Shown here: in pieces, positions 23,601 to 34,962 of the stretch
Position numbering within the stretch: position 1 is the stretch's first letter
Layout of the letters: each line of letters begins with the position of its first letter
Source of the DNA: Rhizodiscina lignyota
Taxonomy: Eukaryota
DNA: 64,000 nt
Assembly (NCBI GenBank): GCA_010015805.1
Contig: ML978126.1
Coordinates: 434,001-498,000 of the forward strand
Reading direction: 5' to 3'
The notes under the pieces: generated by a model
The model's database searches: none
Told to the model about the DNA's origin: nothing
Seen by the model: only the letters and a program-made list of their open reading frames with translations
Translations under genes and position numbers: made by a program

Positions 23601-25358
23601 GCCCGGCAAGTATTCCTTCATGAGCAATAGGAGATTCTTTCGTCGTTCGCTTCTTCTTCACTTTCTTCTCCTTATCCTCCTTTCGGATCTTGGATTGCTT
23701 TTGGGCAGTTGCTGGGGTCTTCTCCTGCTGAAGCTCAGTTTCAGCTTCTACGGCGTGGCTTCCTGCCACTTGGCCATGAATTTCATCATCTTGATGTTTA
23801 GACTTCGATTTGCGATTGCGATTCCGCTTCTTCTTCTCTGAATTTGTGCCACCACTCGAATTTGCGGTGTGTTGCCCGTCAACATCCTTCATTGACGGCG
23901 TCTTCTGCATCATCTCATCCCGTTCTTGATGATTTTCGACCGGTTCGTCCTCGTGCGTATGCATTTCCTCATCCTCAAAGGTGGCAGTGTCCTCTCCGAA
24001 GGCTTCATGTGCTTGAACATCTTCGTTATCTTCCAGATTCCGGTGTTCATCAAGGTCCGCTGCTAATTCCGGGCTAGTCATGCGCACAACGAACATTGGA
24101 CGCTCCTCAGGTTCGGAAAATGCAGCGTCGCTTGCGAATGGAGACGCAGAGCGCAGAGCGTCATCCTGCGCAGGGGATGTTGACTCAGGATCGAGTTTTG
24201 GCGTACCCTCTTGATGCTGGTGTTTTGCCTTCTTCTTTTTCTTGCTCTTCTTTTTGTCCCCTTTGTCTTCGGCGTCTTCGGCGTCTGCAACGCTTTTGGA
24301 CTCCTTGCGCTTCTTGTGGCGCTTCTTCTCTGCGGAAACAGTGGCTTCTGCTTCAGCCTCCTTTGGCGAGCTGTCCATCCTAGCCACAAGAACAGGACGT
24401 TCATCCGGTTCTTGAGGTCCCAGCTCGCTGAGAGAGGTGGATCGTGATCGCATAGCCACATCTTCCTGTGCTTCTGGAAGCAGGGAAGGGTGTTGCTCGA
24501 TCGCTTTGGACTTTCTATGAGTTTTCTTTTTCTTCATAGATGGCGCATCCTCGACAGGAGAATCCGACTGTTTCGGCTTCTTGCGCTTCTCCTTTGGGTT
24601 TGCATCGCTCTCATCGCCACCTCGTTTTCGTTTCCGGTTTTCTTTGGCCGTGGCGGAGTCACCATTCAGTGATTTAAGCTCAAGCGGAGACGATCTTGGT
24701 TGGAGAGAAGAGAGTCGTCTTGCTATTGAAGCAGTCGGCTTGAATTCTTCAAGAGTCCGCTGCGCTGAATCTCTCACACTCCCTTGACGCGCTGCGTCAA
24801 TTGCTGGAGAGGATGGAGGTAAGATTGAGTCAACAGACTTCGTTCTCGTCTGAGGTAGACTCTTCTTGCCCGAGACGGTTCCGTTATGCGCTTTATGTGC
24901 TTGTGATATTGGGGTCGGTCCAGGTCCAACATCGTTGTATTTGTCCCGTAGCTCCTTGCGCACCTTCTCAGCCTCCTCCTTGTATAAGCCCTTCAGACGA
25001 GAGTATCTGTAAACTTCATTGCAGTATGCATCCAAACCAGCCGGAGATCGTGAGCTTCCCTCTTGCTTCGCAAATGCGTGGTTGCTAGAGAAGTAGTCGA
25101 TGCTGTGCTTGATCGTCATCAGAGCCAAGTGGCGAGGGAGCGTTGTGAAGTTTGCATCCAGAGGGTAGTCTTTAGAATCGTCAAAATCTGTTGGCACATT
25201 AGCATCTAGACTCTATCACGGTCAATTGCCAGTTGCTGCGAGAGCATACCATCATTTGCGGCAGCCTTTGCGAGAGCAGTAGTAGGAGTTGGCGCCTTCG
25301 CTGGAGTACTGCCCAGCGCATTGCTGGTGTGTTTCTTTTTCTTGACTGTGCTTTCCAT
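20602..25358 (-). CDS. MBD4-like G:T mismatch DNA glycosylase (HhH-GPD) with a very long disordered N-terminus
   Basis: C-terminal FGLIQEELAHEPFKLIVAVIFLNQT...PLGLQNNRA...LPGCGPYALDSW...DKELRAYLRW resembles the MBD4 catalytic domain. Exon 1 (MESTVKKKK, ATG 25358) joins in frame through a GTATGC..GCTAAT..CAG intron at ~25188-25249. Confidence 0.85.
22807..22959 (-). repeat. 45-bp (15-aa) coding tandem repeat, ~3.4 copies
   Basis: DAAVQRTPEPRPRYH / DAVTQRTPEPRPSYR / DTAAQRTPEHRTRYC / DAAVQT. Confidence 0.9.
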
Positions 25359-26199
25359 GGCTGTACGTCCAGTGCCGTTCTCACATATCTTGAAGATGCA
25401 CTACTCCACACGCAATTCCTTCGGTGCGCAACTCGGAAGCGGCCAGATGAAACAATTTTGGTGGTTGTGGTAGAGAAGGGTTATCGCATGCTCTCTTCGA
25501 TGTGAGAATATCGCGAGAAGTTTTTGGTTTGCGCGCGTTGCGATCGCTCTGATGAGTGTTAACCGTAACGGCCGCTCGTAGCGCAACGGATGTGACTGGG
25601 TTCGAGTACAACAGGGTGAGTGCGACGAGGAGTATTTAAAAGTACGGGGGTGTTGAATGAGGCAAGTATTTGGATTCGGTATACAGCAATTAGTGCCAGG
25701 TATGTACAATCGCGATATTGGAACAGGAAGATAGTTCAGACGGAGAGCGCGTCAAGCAATGATGTCGGGGGTTCGTAACGGACCACGCCGCAACGTGATC
25801 TCGCGTTCAAGGGGCCGTGCGGCTTTTTGGTGGAGATTTTCAGGGTCAGGCCCCAGAGTCGATCATTCCATTGCTGCAAAATTGGAGAAATAATAATATC
25901 CTCTTCCTTACATAGAAACTTATTATGCCTCTCGTTTGCACATTGCAAACCGTTGAGAGAATGCGACTAAAAGTCACTCAAACAAGTAAATGGTCGGGGC
26001 AAGTATGTTCGTTATCCATATTCAAGTCTACCTATCCTATACCATACCAAAGAGCAGAATGTTCAGCAATTAGACAAATCAAAGAATCAAAGCCGTTTCT
26101 AGCATTATCGCACTGATCAAGCTAATTGAGCGCTGATGCAAATGCAATGCCAATAGTGAAAGAAATCGAGGAGTCGAAGAGTATCAAGTGTATGCAACA

Positions 26200-27166
26200 T
26201 CACATAAAATCATCACTATACGGAGTTAGTAAAGTCAATGCGTCTTGAGCACGATTGCACTTACTCTTCCAGACCGTCATCATATGCCGTTGTATCCGCC
26301 TTGAAGGAGATGTCCCTCGTTGCAGCCAAGGTTGCCTTCGTCTTCGCAGCCTTCGACTTCTTGCCGCCTTTCTCAGCAGCTTTCTCTTCCTTCATCTTCT
26401 CGTTCGACAACGTTGTAAGGCCACTTGAAATCTTCTTGACTTGATCAGATGGGAGATCTTTGCATAGGCGCTTGGTGAATTCTTGGAGGAACAAGACGTA
26501 TTGGCCTTTCTTGGAGTTTGCGCTGATGAGAGGCGCAAGAGTATCGTTCAGTTTCGCGAACTGATCCTTGGTGTTCGGGTTGAAGATGGCCAAGGACGAG
26601 AGATCTATGGTATTTGTAGCGTCGCTGGGATCCGCGATGGTGACTGGCTTGCCCGTTGCCCTCTTGTTCGATATACCAATGTTGCCGAAGAGGTCTTCCG
26701 CGTGCTTGAGGTCTCCTTCTATTTCTTGCCGTCTTTCTCTGGCCCGCTTCTCAGCTTCGTCCTCGTCGCTGCTCTCGTCGTCTCCCTCTTCCTCTTTCTG
26801 TTTCAGTCTCTCATTCCTACGCTCCTCTATCCGCTGCGCCTTTGTCTTCTTGTTCTTGGCAGCCTCGGCTTCAGCTTTAGCCTTCTCTTCGGCGGCTTTC
26901 TTCGCCTTCTCACGCTCGGCTTCTGAATCATCTGCTGCGTCCCAAGACTCTAAGACCTATAGAGAGTTGTCAGAGCGGAATCAAACTCTGGTCGGAGGAG
27001 GGAGGCAACGTACATCGCTATCCTCTTCTTCGTCATCGAATTTACCACGACGCGCGATTTGTGGAGGGGAGGTTGGTGGAGTGCTGTCTTCTTCTTCGTC
27101 GTCTTCCGGTGAGATGTTAGTGGTGATAAGTACACAAGGAGGCCTTTACATACCCCAGGACGCCAT
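26200..27166 (-). CDS. HCR1: Eukaryotic translation initiation factor 3 subunit J
   Basis: MASW N-terminus, acidic tracts, DLKHAEDLFG, EKMKEEKAAEKGGKKSKAAK and terminal DDFM*; three introns. Confidence 0.93.
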
Positions 27167-27934
27167 GATTGCGTTTGCAGCGGCTTGAGTGTGTAGAAGA
27201 CGTTGATTTACCTCTAGTGCTGGCGATTAATTTTGATTTGTGCGTTGTAAGGTGTGCTGCGACGGGCGCTCGAGGGATGGTGTATCAGGGCGCGCTCGGC
27301 AGTCGCAAGGCTGTGTCCGGATCGGGTAGTCTCGTTGTAGTCTCGTGGGAGAGATGGAAGAGTCGAGATGCCTGAAGGATGTTCGGGGGAGCCTTGCGCT
27401 TGCTCTATGAGATGTAATGGTGGATAGACGAGTGTTAAAATGCAGGTTTGTGCGGGAGCGTTGAGCGTGGCGTCAGCGCAGTCACAACCCCTTGTCACTA
27501 AAATGGGCAGCAGCGACCCAGCAACCGGGAGCAAATGGCAGCCACAGTTGTAGGGAAAAGGCGTCGCTCAGCCTGGAAGGAGCCAAAAAAGTTGTCAAGG
27601 CTCAGAATCAACGAAAAACATTCACACTGCGCTCCTGAACACCTAACTTGAAGTTGAGCGGCGAAAACGCACATGTTTGAGCAAAGCACGTGAATTGAGC
27701 CGCGATTCAACGCCAAGACTGCGAGAGCTTCATCAGCATCCCCCGTTAAAGTTGATGTGTTCAACACCTACCTCTGCCAACATCCAATCTTCCACCACCC
27801 TTCATCCTCTCGCGTACACTCGCTTGCGCGTCAGACAGCTTCAGATCACTTCTCTGCGCGCTTCTTTACCATTTGTTTCCCCTGCGCAAAGCGCACATTG
27901 ATGCGCTGCCCGCGTCCTTCCACGTCCACCAACC

Positions 27935-30900
27935 ATGGCGCCTCTTCCTATCAAGTTCACTGAGCTATTGCAGGTATGGACAAATAGTTACATACTTTGA
28001 AGAAGAATTAACTGACACATCGTGTTCCAGCTCTCCGCCATAGACATCCTCGTACGTTCATTGACAAACGGCTGACTGGCGCCGTTGTAGCTGCCTCAGT
28101 GTTCATAGTAAACTAACAGCTTGACAGCCATCCTCAATAGGTTTTAACAGCTGCGTAAGTCACGAGTATTTCATTTCTCTGAGACTGGACCTGTAACTGA
28201 CGTTGCCTTCACTAGACTCTCGAGTCCGACCACTTCATCTGCATCCGCCAAAAGGCCGACGAAACCGCGTCCCCTGAAGTCATCATAATCGATCTCAAAA
28301 ATGGCAACAACGTCATTCGCAGGCCAATCAAGGCCGACAACGCGATCATGCACTGGAACAAGCAGATTATTGCGCTCAAGGCACAATCAAGGACGTTGCA
28401 GATTTTCGACTTGGCTCAGAAACAGAAGCTCAAATCCGCAACCATGAACGAGGATGTGGTCTTCTGGAAGTGGTTCAGCGAGACAACGCTTGGTCTGGTT
28501 ACTGACACTGCGGTGTATCACTGGAACATCTTCGACCAGAATGCGGTACAGCCTCAGAAGATGTTTGATAGGAATGCAAATCTTCAAGTAAGCCAGCTTC
28601 GTGGATGAAACTGTCTCAGTCCTACTAATACACAGCGCGTTCAGGGCTGCCAGATCATCAACTATCGCGTAACGTCTGACGAACAATGGATGGTGGTTGT
28701 AGGCATCACACAGCAACAAGGCCGAGTCGTGGGCGCAATGCAGCTATACTCCGTTGCACGTGGCATTAGCCAGTCTATAGAAGGGCATGCCGCTGCATTT
28801 GGTAACATCCGCCTAGAGGGAGCTCCTGCCGACACGAAACTCTTTACTTTCGCTGTCCGCACGGCTAATGGCGCGAAGCTCCACGTTGTCGAGGTCGATC
28901 ACAACGACGCAAATCCACCATTCCAAAAGAAGAACGTCGATGTGTATTTCCCGGCTGAAGCAACCAATGACTTTCCAGTAGCGATGCAGGTGTCGGAGAA
29001 GTACAAGATAATTTATCTCGTCACGAAGTACGGTTTCATCCACCTCTACGACCTCGAAACCGGTACTTGCATCTTCATGAACCGTATATCAAGCGAGACC
29101 ATCTTCGTCACCGCACCGGATGAGGAATCGACGGGTATCGTGGGTGTCAACCGGAAGGGACAAGTTCTATCAGTCAGCGTTGATGAGAGCAACATCATTC
29201 CTTATTTGCTTCAAAACCCTGCCAATGCTGAATTGGCCTATAAATTAGCTTCTCGCGGAGGCCTACCAGGAGCAGACAACCTTTACCAACAGCGCTTTGA
29301 GGGCCTTTTGAGCTCCGGCCAGTATAGCGAGGCTGCCAAGACTGCTGCAAACTCTCCGCGTGGCTTCTTGCGTTCACAGCAGACCATAGACCGCTTCAAG
29401 CAAGTTCCGCAACAGCCAGGACAGATGAGCGTGATACTGCAGTATTTCGCTCTTTTGCTCGACAAGGGCAAGCTCAACAAGTACGAGACTTTGGAGCTCG
29501 TCCGTCCAGTCCTTGCCCAGAACCGCAAGCATCTCCTTGAAAAATGGCTGGGAGAGGGCAAACTCGAGTGCTCAGAGGAGCTGGGCGACATTGTCAGGCA
29601 GCATGACCTCGCTCTTGCCCTGCAAATCTACCTCCAGGCGAGAGCGCCCCAAAAGGTCATCGCCGCCTATGCAGAGCTTGGCCAGTTCGACAAGATCATC
29701 CCGTACTCGGCAGAGACTGGCTACAGCCCGGACTACGTTGTTTTGTTGCAGCACAGTAGGTAGCACTCCCCACTCTTCCCGCAATATGCTAACAGAAGCA
29801 TTCCAGTCGTTCGCAGGAACGCGGAGAAAGGAGCAGAATTCGCCACTGCTCTTGCGAAGAGCCCTCAAGGACCACTCATCGATATCGATCGTGTGGTCGA
29901 CATCTTCCAGTCGCAAGGCATGATCCAGCAAGCTACCGCATTCTTGCTCGACGTCTTGTCCGGCAACAAGCCAGAAGAGGGTCACTTGCAGACGAAATTG
30001 CTCGAGATGAATCTATTAAACGCTCCACAAGTAGCCGATGCCATCCTCGGAAACGAGATGTTCTCGCATTACGACAAGGCCAGAATTGCGCAGCTTTGCG
30101 AGAATGCCGGCTTACTCACTAGAGCTCTGGAACACAACGATGATCCGGCTGCGGTCAAGCGCATCATCGTCCAGACTGACAAGCTGCCTGAGGATTGGCT
30201 CGTTAACTACTTCGGACAGTTGACAGTCGACTTGTCCTTCGAGTGTCTTAACGAGATGCTTCGTGTCAATATTCGACAGAACCTGCAATCTGTTGTTCGC
30301 ATTGCACAGAAGTATTCTGATCTCCTTGGCCCTACTCGTATCATTGACCTGCTCGAGAAGTACAGAACGGCAGAGGGTTTGTACTTCTATCTCGGGGCCA
30401 TCGTCAATATCAGCGAGGACAAGGACGTACACTTCAAGTACATTGAAGCCGCCACAAAGATGGGTCAGCTGAACGAGGTTGAGCGTATCTGTCGAGACAG
30501 CAGTATGTCATTTCGTTTTCTTCTACTCACCCTTCTGCCCTTGGCTCCATCTGCGAAGGAGCTAGTTTCCAACCAGCGAAGTCTGCAAAGCAAGCTTCCT
30601 AGCATCGGTAGTTCCCATTCAAGATTATCAGGGAGTAGCTTGCCCGGCGGACGTGGGAAGATTTACTTCTCATTGCTACAAAGAAAGGATGCTGTTGCAC
30701 ATCTCGTGCGCTCGCTGGAAACTAGCTCCTCCATACACCCACTTTCTCGACTCTCTTCTTCTCCGTATCAACTCAGCAGCATTGCAACATTAACTGACAA
30801 CTCCTTCTTCAGACTTCTATGACCCAGAACGGGTGAAAAACTTCCTCAAGGAAGCGCATTTGACCGAGCAACTCCCCCTCATCGTTGTCTGCGACCGTTT

Positions 30901-33796
30901 CAACTTTGTCCACGACCTCATCCTTTTCCTCTACAAGAACCAGCAGTTCAAGTCCATTGAGGTGTACGTTCAGCGTATTAACCCTGGAAGGACGCCTGCT
31001 GTTATTGGTGGTCTCTTGGACGTCGATTGCGACGAGAATATCATCAAATCGCTGCTCGAATCTGTCAACCCTGCATCTATTCCGATCGATGACCTTGTTT
31101 CGGAGGTCGAGTCGCGCAACCGCCTTAAGTTGCTTCTTCCATTCCTGGAGCAGACTCTTGCGAGCGGCAATCAACAGCAAGCAGTCTACAACGCCCTTGC
31201 CAAGATATACATCGACAGGTAAACGACCAGCGCTGAGACACTTCGAGGACATCTGCTAACATTGTACAAGTAACAACAACCCGGAGAAGTTCTTGAAAGA
31301 GAACGATCAGTACGACACCTTAAAAGTTGGCAAATACTGCGAGAAACGTGATCCGAATCTGGCCTTCATCGCATACAGCAAGGGCGGCAATGACCTCGAG
31401 CTCATCAGCATCACTAACGAGAATGCGATGTTCCGCCCACAAGCACGTTACCTATTGGAGCGTGCTGACGCGCAGATCTGGGAGTATGTCCTCAGCGACA
31501 ACAATATCCACCGACGATCCTTGGTCGACCAGGTCATCTCCACCGCTGTGTAAGTCCTTAATTCATATTTTACTGGAATTTGGAGTGCTGATAACGTTCC
31601 AGGCCTGAAAGTTCCGAGCCGGAGAAGGTATCGACTGCCGTCAAGGCCTTTGTTGACGCCGATCTCCCCACGGAGCTCATCGAGCTCTTAGAAAAGATCA
31701 TTCTGGAGCCTTCTGCTTTCAGCGACAACTCAACCCTGCAAAACTTGCTTATGCTCACTGCAGCCAAGTCTGATCGTGGTCGTCTGCTGGGTTATATTCA
31801 ACAGCTCAACAACTACACTCCGGAAGAGATCGCGACGCAATGTATTGAACTCGGCATGTACGAGGAGGCCTTCGAGATCTACAAGAAGGACAACAACCAC
31901 GTGGAAGCCACCAACGTCTTGGTCGATCACATCGTGAGCATCGACAGAGCGCAGGAGTATGCAGACCGCGTCGATCTACCCGAAGTGTGGAGCAAGGTTG
32001 CAAAAGCGCAATTGGACGGCCTCCGCGTTACCGATTCGATCGAGTCATACATCCGTGCTAATGACCCATCCAACTATATCGAGGTTATCGAGATTGCAAC
32101 GCACGCCGGCAAGGATGAGGATCTTGTCAAGTATCTTAGAATGGCCCGCAAGACGTTACGTGAGCCGCCTATTGATACCGCACTGGCCTTCTGCTTCGCA
32201 CGTCTCAACCAGCTTGCTGAGCTCGAGGACTTCCTCCGTGCCACAAACGTGGCCGACGTTGAGGCGTCTGGTGACAAAGCATATGAAGAGGGTTTTCATG
32301 AAGCCGCGAAGATCTTCTACACAAGCATCTCTAACTGGGCCAAGCTTGCAACGACATTGGTGCATCTGGAGGACTACCAGGCTGCTGTAGAGTGTGCTCG
32401 CAAGGCCAACAGCACGAAGGTCTGGAAGCAGGTCAACGAGGCGTGCGTGGCAAAGAAGGAGTTCCGCTTAGCGCAAATTTGTGGTCTCAATCTCATTGTC
32501 CACGCCGAGGAGCTTTCCGACCTTGTTCGTCAATACGAATACAACGGCTACTTCGACGAGCTCATTGCGCTGCTTGAGGCTGGTCTTGGCCTCGAACGTG
32601 CGCATATGGGTATGTTCACAGAGCTTGGCATTGCGTTGTCCAAGTACCATCCAGACCGCGTGATGGAGCACCTGAGATTGTTCTGGTCGCGTATCAACAT
32701 CCCCAAGATGATCCGTGGATGCGAGGACGCGCACCTGTGGCCAGAGCTTGTCTTCTTGTACTCTCACTACGACGAGTGGGACAATGCCGCATTGGCTATG
32801 ATGGAGCGGGCTGCCGACGCCTGGGAGCATCATACCTTCAAGGACACTGTCGTCAAAGTTGCTAACCTCGAGATCTACTACCGCGCATTGAACTTCTACC
32901 TGCAGGAGCACCCAACTCTCATGACCGATCTCCTCCAGGCGTTGACACCTCGCATCGACGTCAACCGGGTTGTCCGTATCTTTGAGAAATCGGACAACAT
33001 TCCTCTCATCAAGCCGTTCATGCTTAATGTGCAGCCGCAGAACAAGCGTGCCGTCAACCATGCGATCAATGCACTGCTCATCGAGGAAGAGGACTACAAG
33101 ACTCTTCGTGACTCTGTCGAGAATTACGACAACTACGACTGGGCAGAGCTTGCTCAGCAGCTCGAGAAACACGATCTTGTGTTCTTCAGACAGATTGCGG
33201 CGAACATCTGGAGGAAGAACAAGCGTTGGGATAAGAGCATTGCGCTGAGCAAGCAGGACAAGCTGTTCAAGGATGCTATTGAGACTGCAGCAATGAGCGG
33301 AAAGTCTGAGATTGTGGAAGAGCTGCTGAGATACGTAAGTGACTCTTATTGGACCCGACGGAGCCGCCAGCTGATAATGGTTTTAGTTCGTCGACATTGG
33401 CAGCCGCGAGTGCTATGTTGGCATGCTGTACGCCTGCTACGATCTCATTCGACCGGATGTGATTCTTGAAGTGTCATGGCGCAATGGCCTAAACGACTTC
33501 ACAATGGTATGCCAATTCGATACCCAATTCAATAATGCAATTTCACTAATACATGCTAGCCCTTCATGATCAACATGCTCAGCCAACAGGTTGCCACCAT
33601 CGAGATGCTGAAGAAGGACAACGAGGAGCGCAAGGTCCGTGAAGCATCGCAACAGACGGAAGAAGACAACGCACCGATCATGGGCGGTACCCGGCTTATG
33701 CTCACACAGGGCCCGGTTGCCCAGGCACCGAGTCCCGCGCCTTTTGCGCAGCCAAACGGAATCACTCCCCAGATGACGGGTTTCTCCAGGTTCTAA
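27935..33796 (+). CDS. CHC1: Clathrin heavy chain
   Basis: [13 protein letters not shown] start, [33 protein letters not shown] and [15 protein letters not shown]; about 10 GT-AG introns. Confidence 0.99.
30557..30730 (+). ncRNA. Putative structured intronic RNA element in the clathrin heavy-chain intron (30503-30812)
   Basis: Perfect 15-bp inverted repeat AGGAGCTAGTTTCCA (30557-30571) / TGGAAACTAGCTCCT (30716-30730) enclosing further nested complementary segments. Confidence 0.55.
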
Positions 33797-34962
33797 GTGA
33801 TTTTCCGCCGCCGCTCCACCCCGACCTTGGCAATGTTCACTTTGAGGGCGCGGTCCGGGCGCGGAAAAGCGGTGTGAAGACAGGCGCCCGTGCGAAGAAA
33901 GCGCTTTGTGAATGATGGCAAGATGGTTATATACTACTCTAATTTGGGATTTGTTGAGCGGGATGGAGAGCCGCGTGTGCAGCTTGGCCTGAGCGCAGAC
34001 GTCGGCGTTTCTTCGACTTTCTCCCTTGAATTTGTACCTTTGGCGGAGCAGCGGCGAGGACTTGACGATGGGTTTCTTTTCCGCTGCACCCCCGTGCGGA
34101 CTCACAAAAATGGTCAATTTCTGTATACTAGGCAGTTTGGGACTCTCGGCGTTGCTACCTCGCGGTACTGCGAATAGAAATTTTTCTAGACTCTGGCCCA
34201 GCCTCCCCGCTGCAGTGCTGCTCGGTACCTCGCATGGCCGATGTCCTGCCCTGCAGTTGAGCACACAGTCACAGATCTCGCGTCACCGCAGCGCAGACCG
34301 CATGACCTGAATTTTCCTCCATTTCGAGCGTCGTCTGCCTCGCAAAAAGAGGACGGATTACTCGTCCATGTGTGGCAATATGCACATCTCCTTGCGCCCG
34401 ACAAAGTCCGAGGTTAGCCGTGCTCGTCGCAACTTCGTCCAGTTTGCGAGCACTACCCGGACTCAGATTACCATCATGGAGCTCGTTCTCCGACTTCGCC
34501 CATCTTCCCTCGGCCTGTATGAGCAGCTTCATGAATCCGGGGGGGAGTGCACTCCGAGCTTGCATTGGCCGTCCCTCTGCTATCCGATGACCGTGCGTAT
34601 TTGACAATGATATTTCGCTGAAGGCTGTTGTTGGACGGAGGTAAAAAGCATCTTGCTGTTATCGGCCACTGCGGGGCTGTCGAATGCAAAGCTGATCCTT
34701 GCCCAGCATCTGTGATCCCCGTTGCACCGTTGCTTTTGCCCTGCCAGCTGTGCGCGGGTTCGTCATACTTACTGCGCGCGTTTTTTTGGTGCATGCTCCA
34801 CCGACCTAGCTTCCACCATCAGAGCTCTGCCCTCAACATTCCCAGCCTATCTTCATATACCGCCCTTTCCCCCATCCGCAACCCCGAACTCCCTCTCCTC
34901 CCTCCTCCTGCACTCCAAGCACTCTCCACTCTTCTCAATTGCTCGCAGAGGGCATTGCAAAA

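Noticed and set aside
28031..28154. 21- and 27-nt exons at the start of CHC1 (also small exons in PYC1 and UTP13)
   Set aside because: Canonical splice sites restore the expected protein; ordinary for these fungi.
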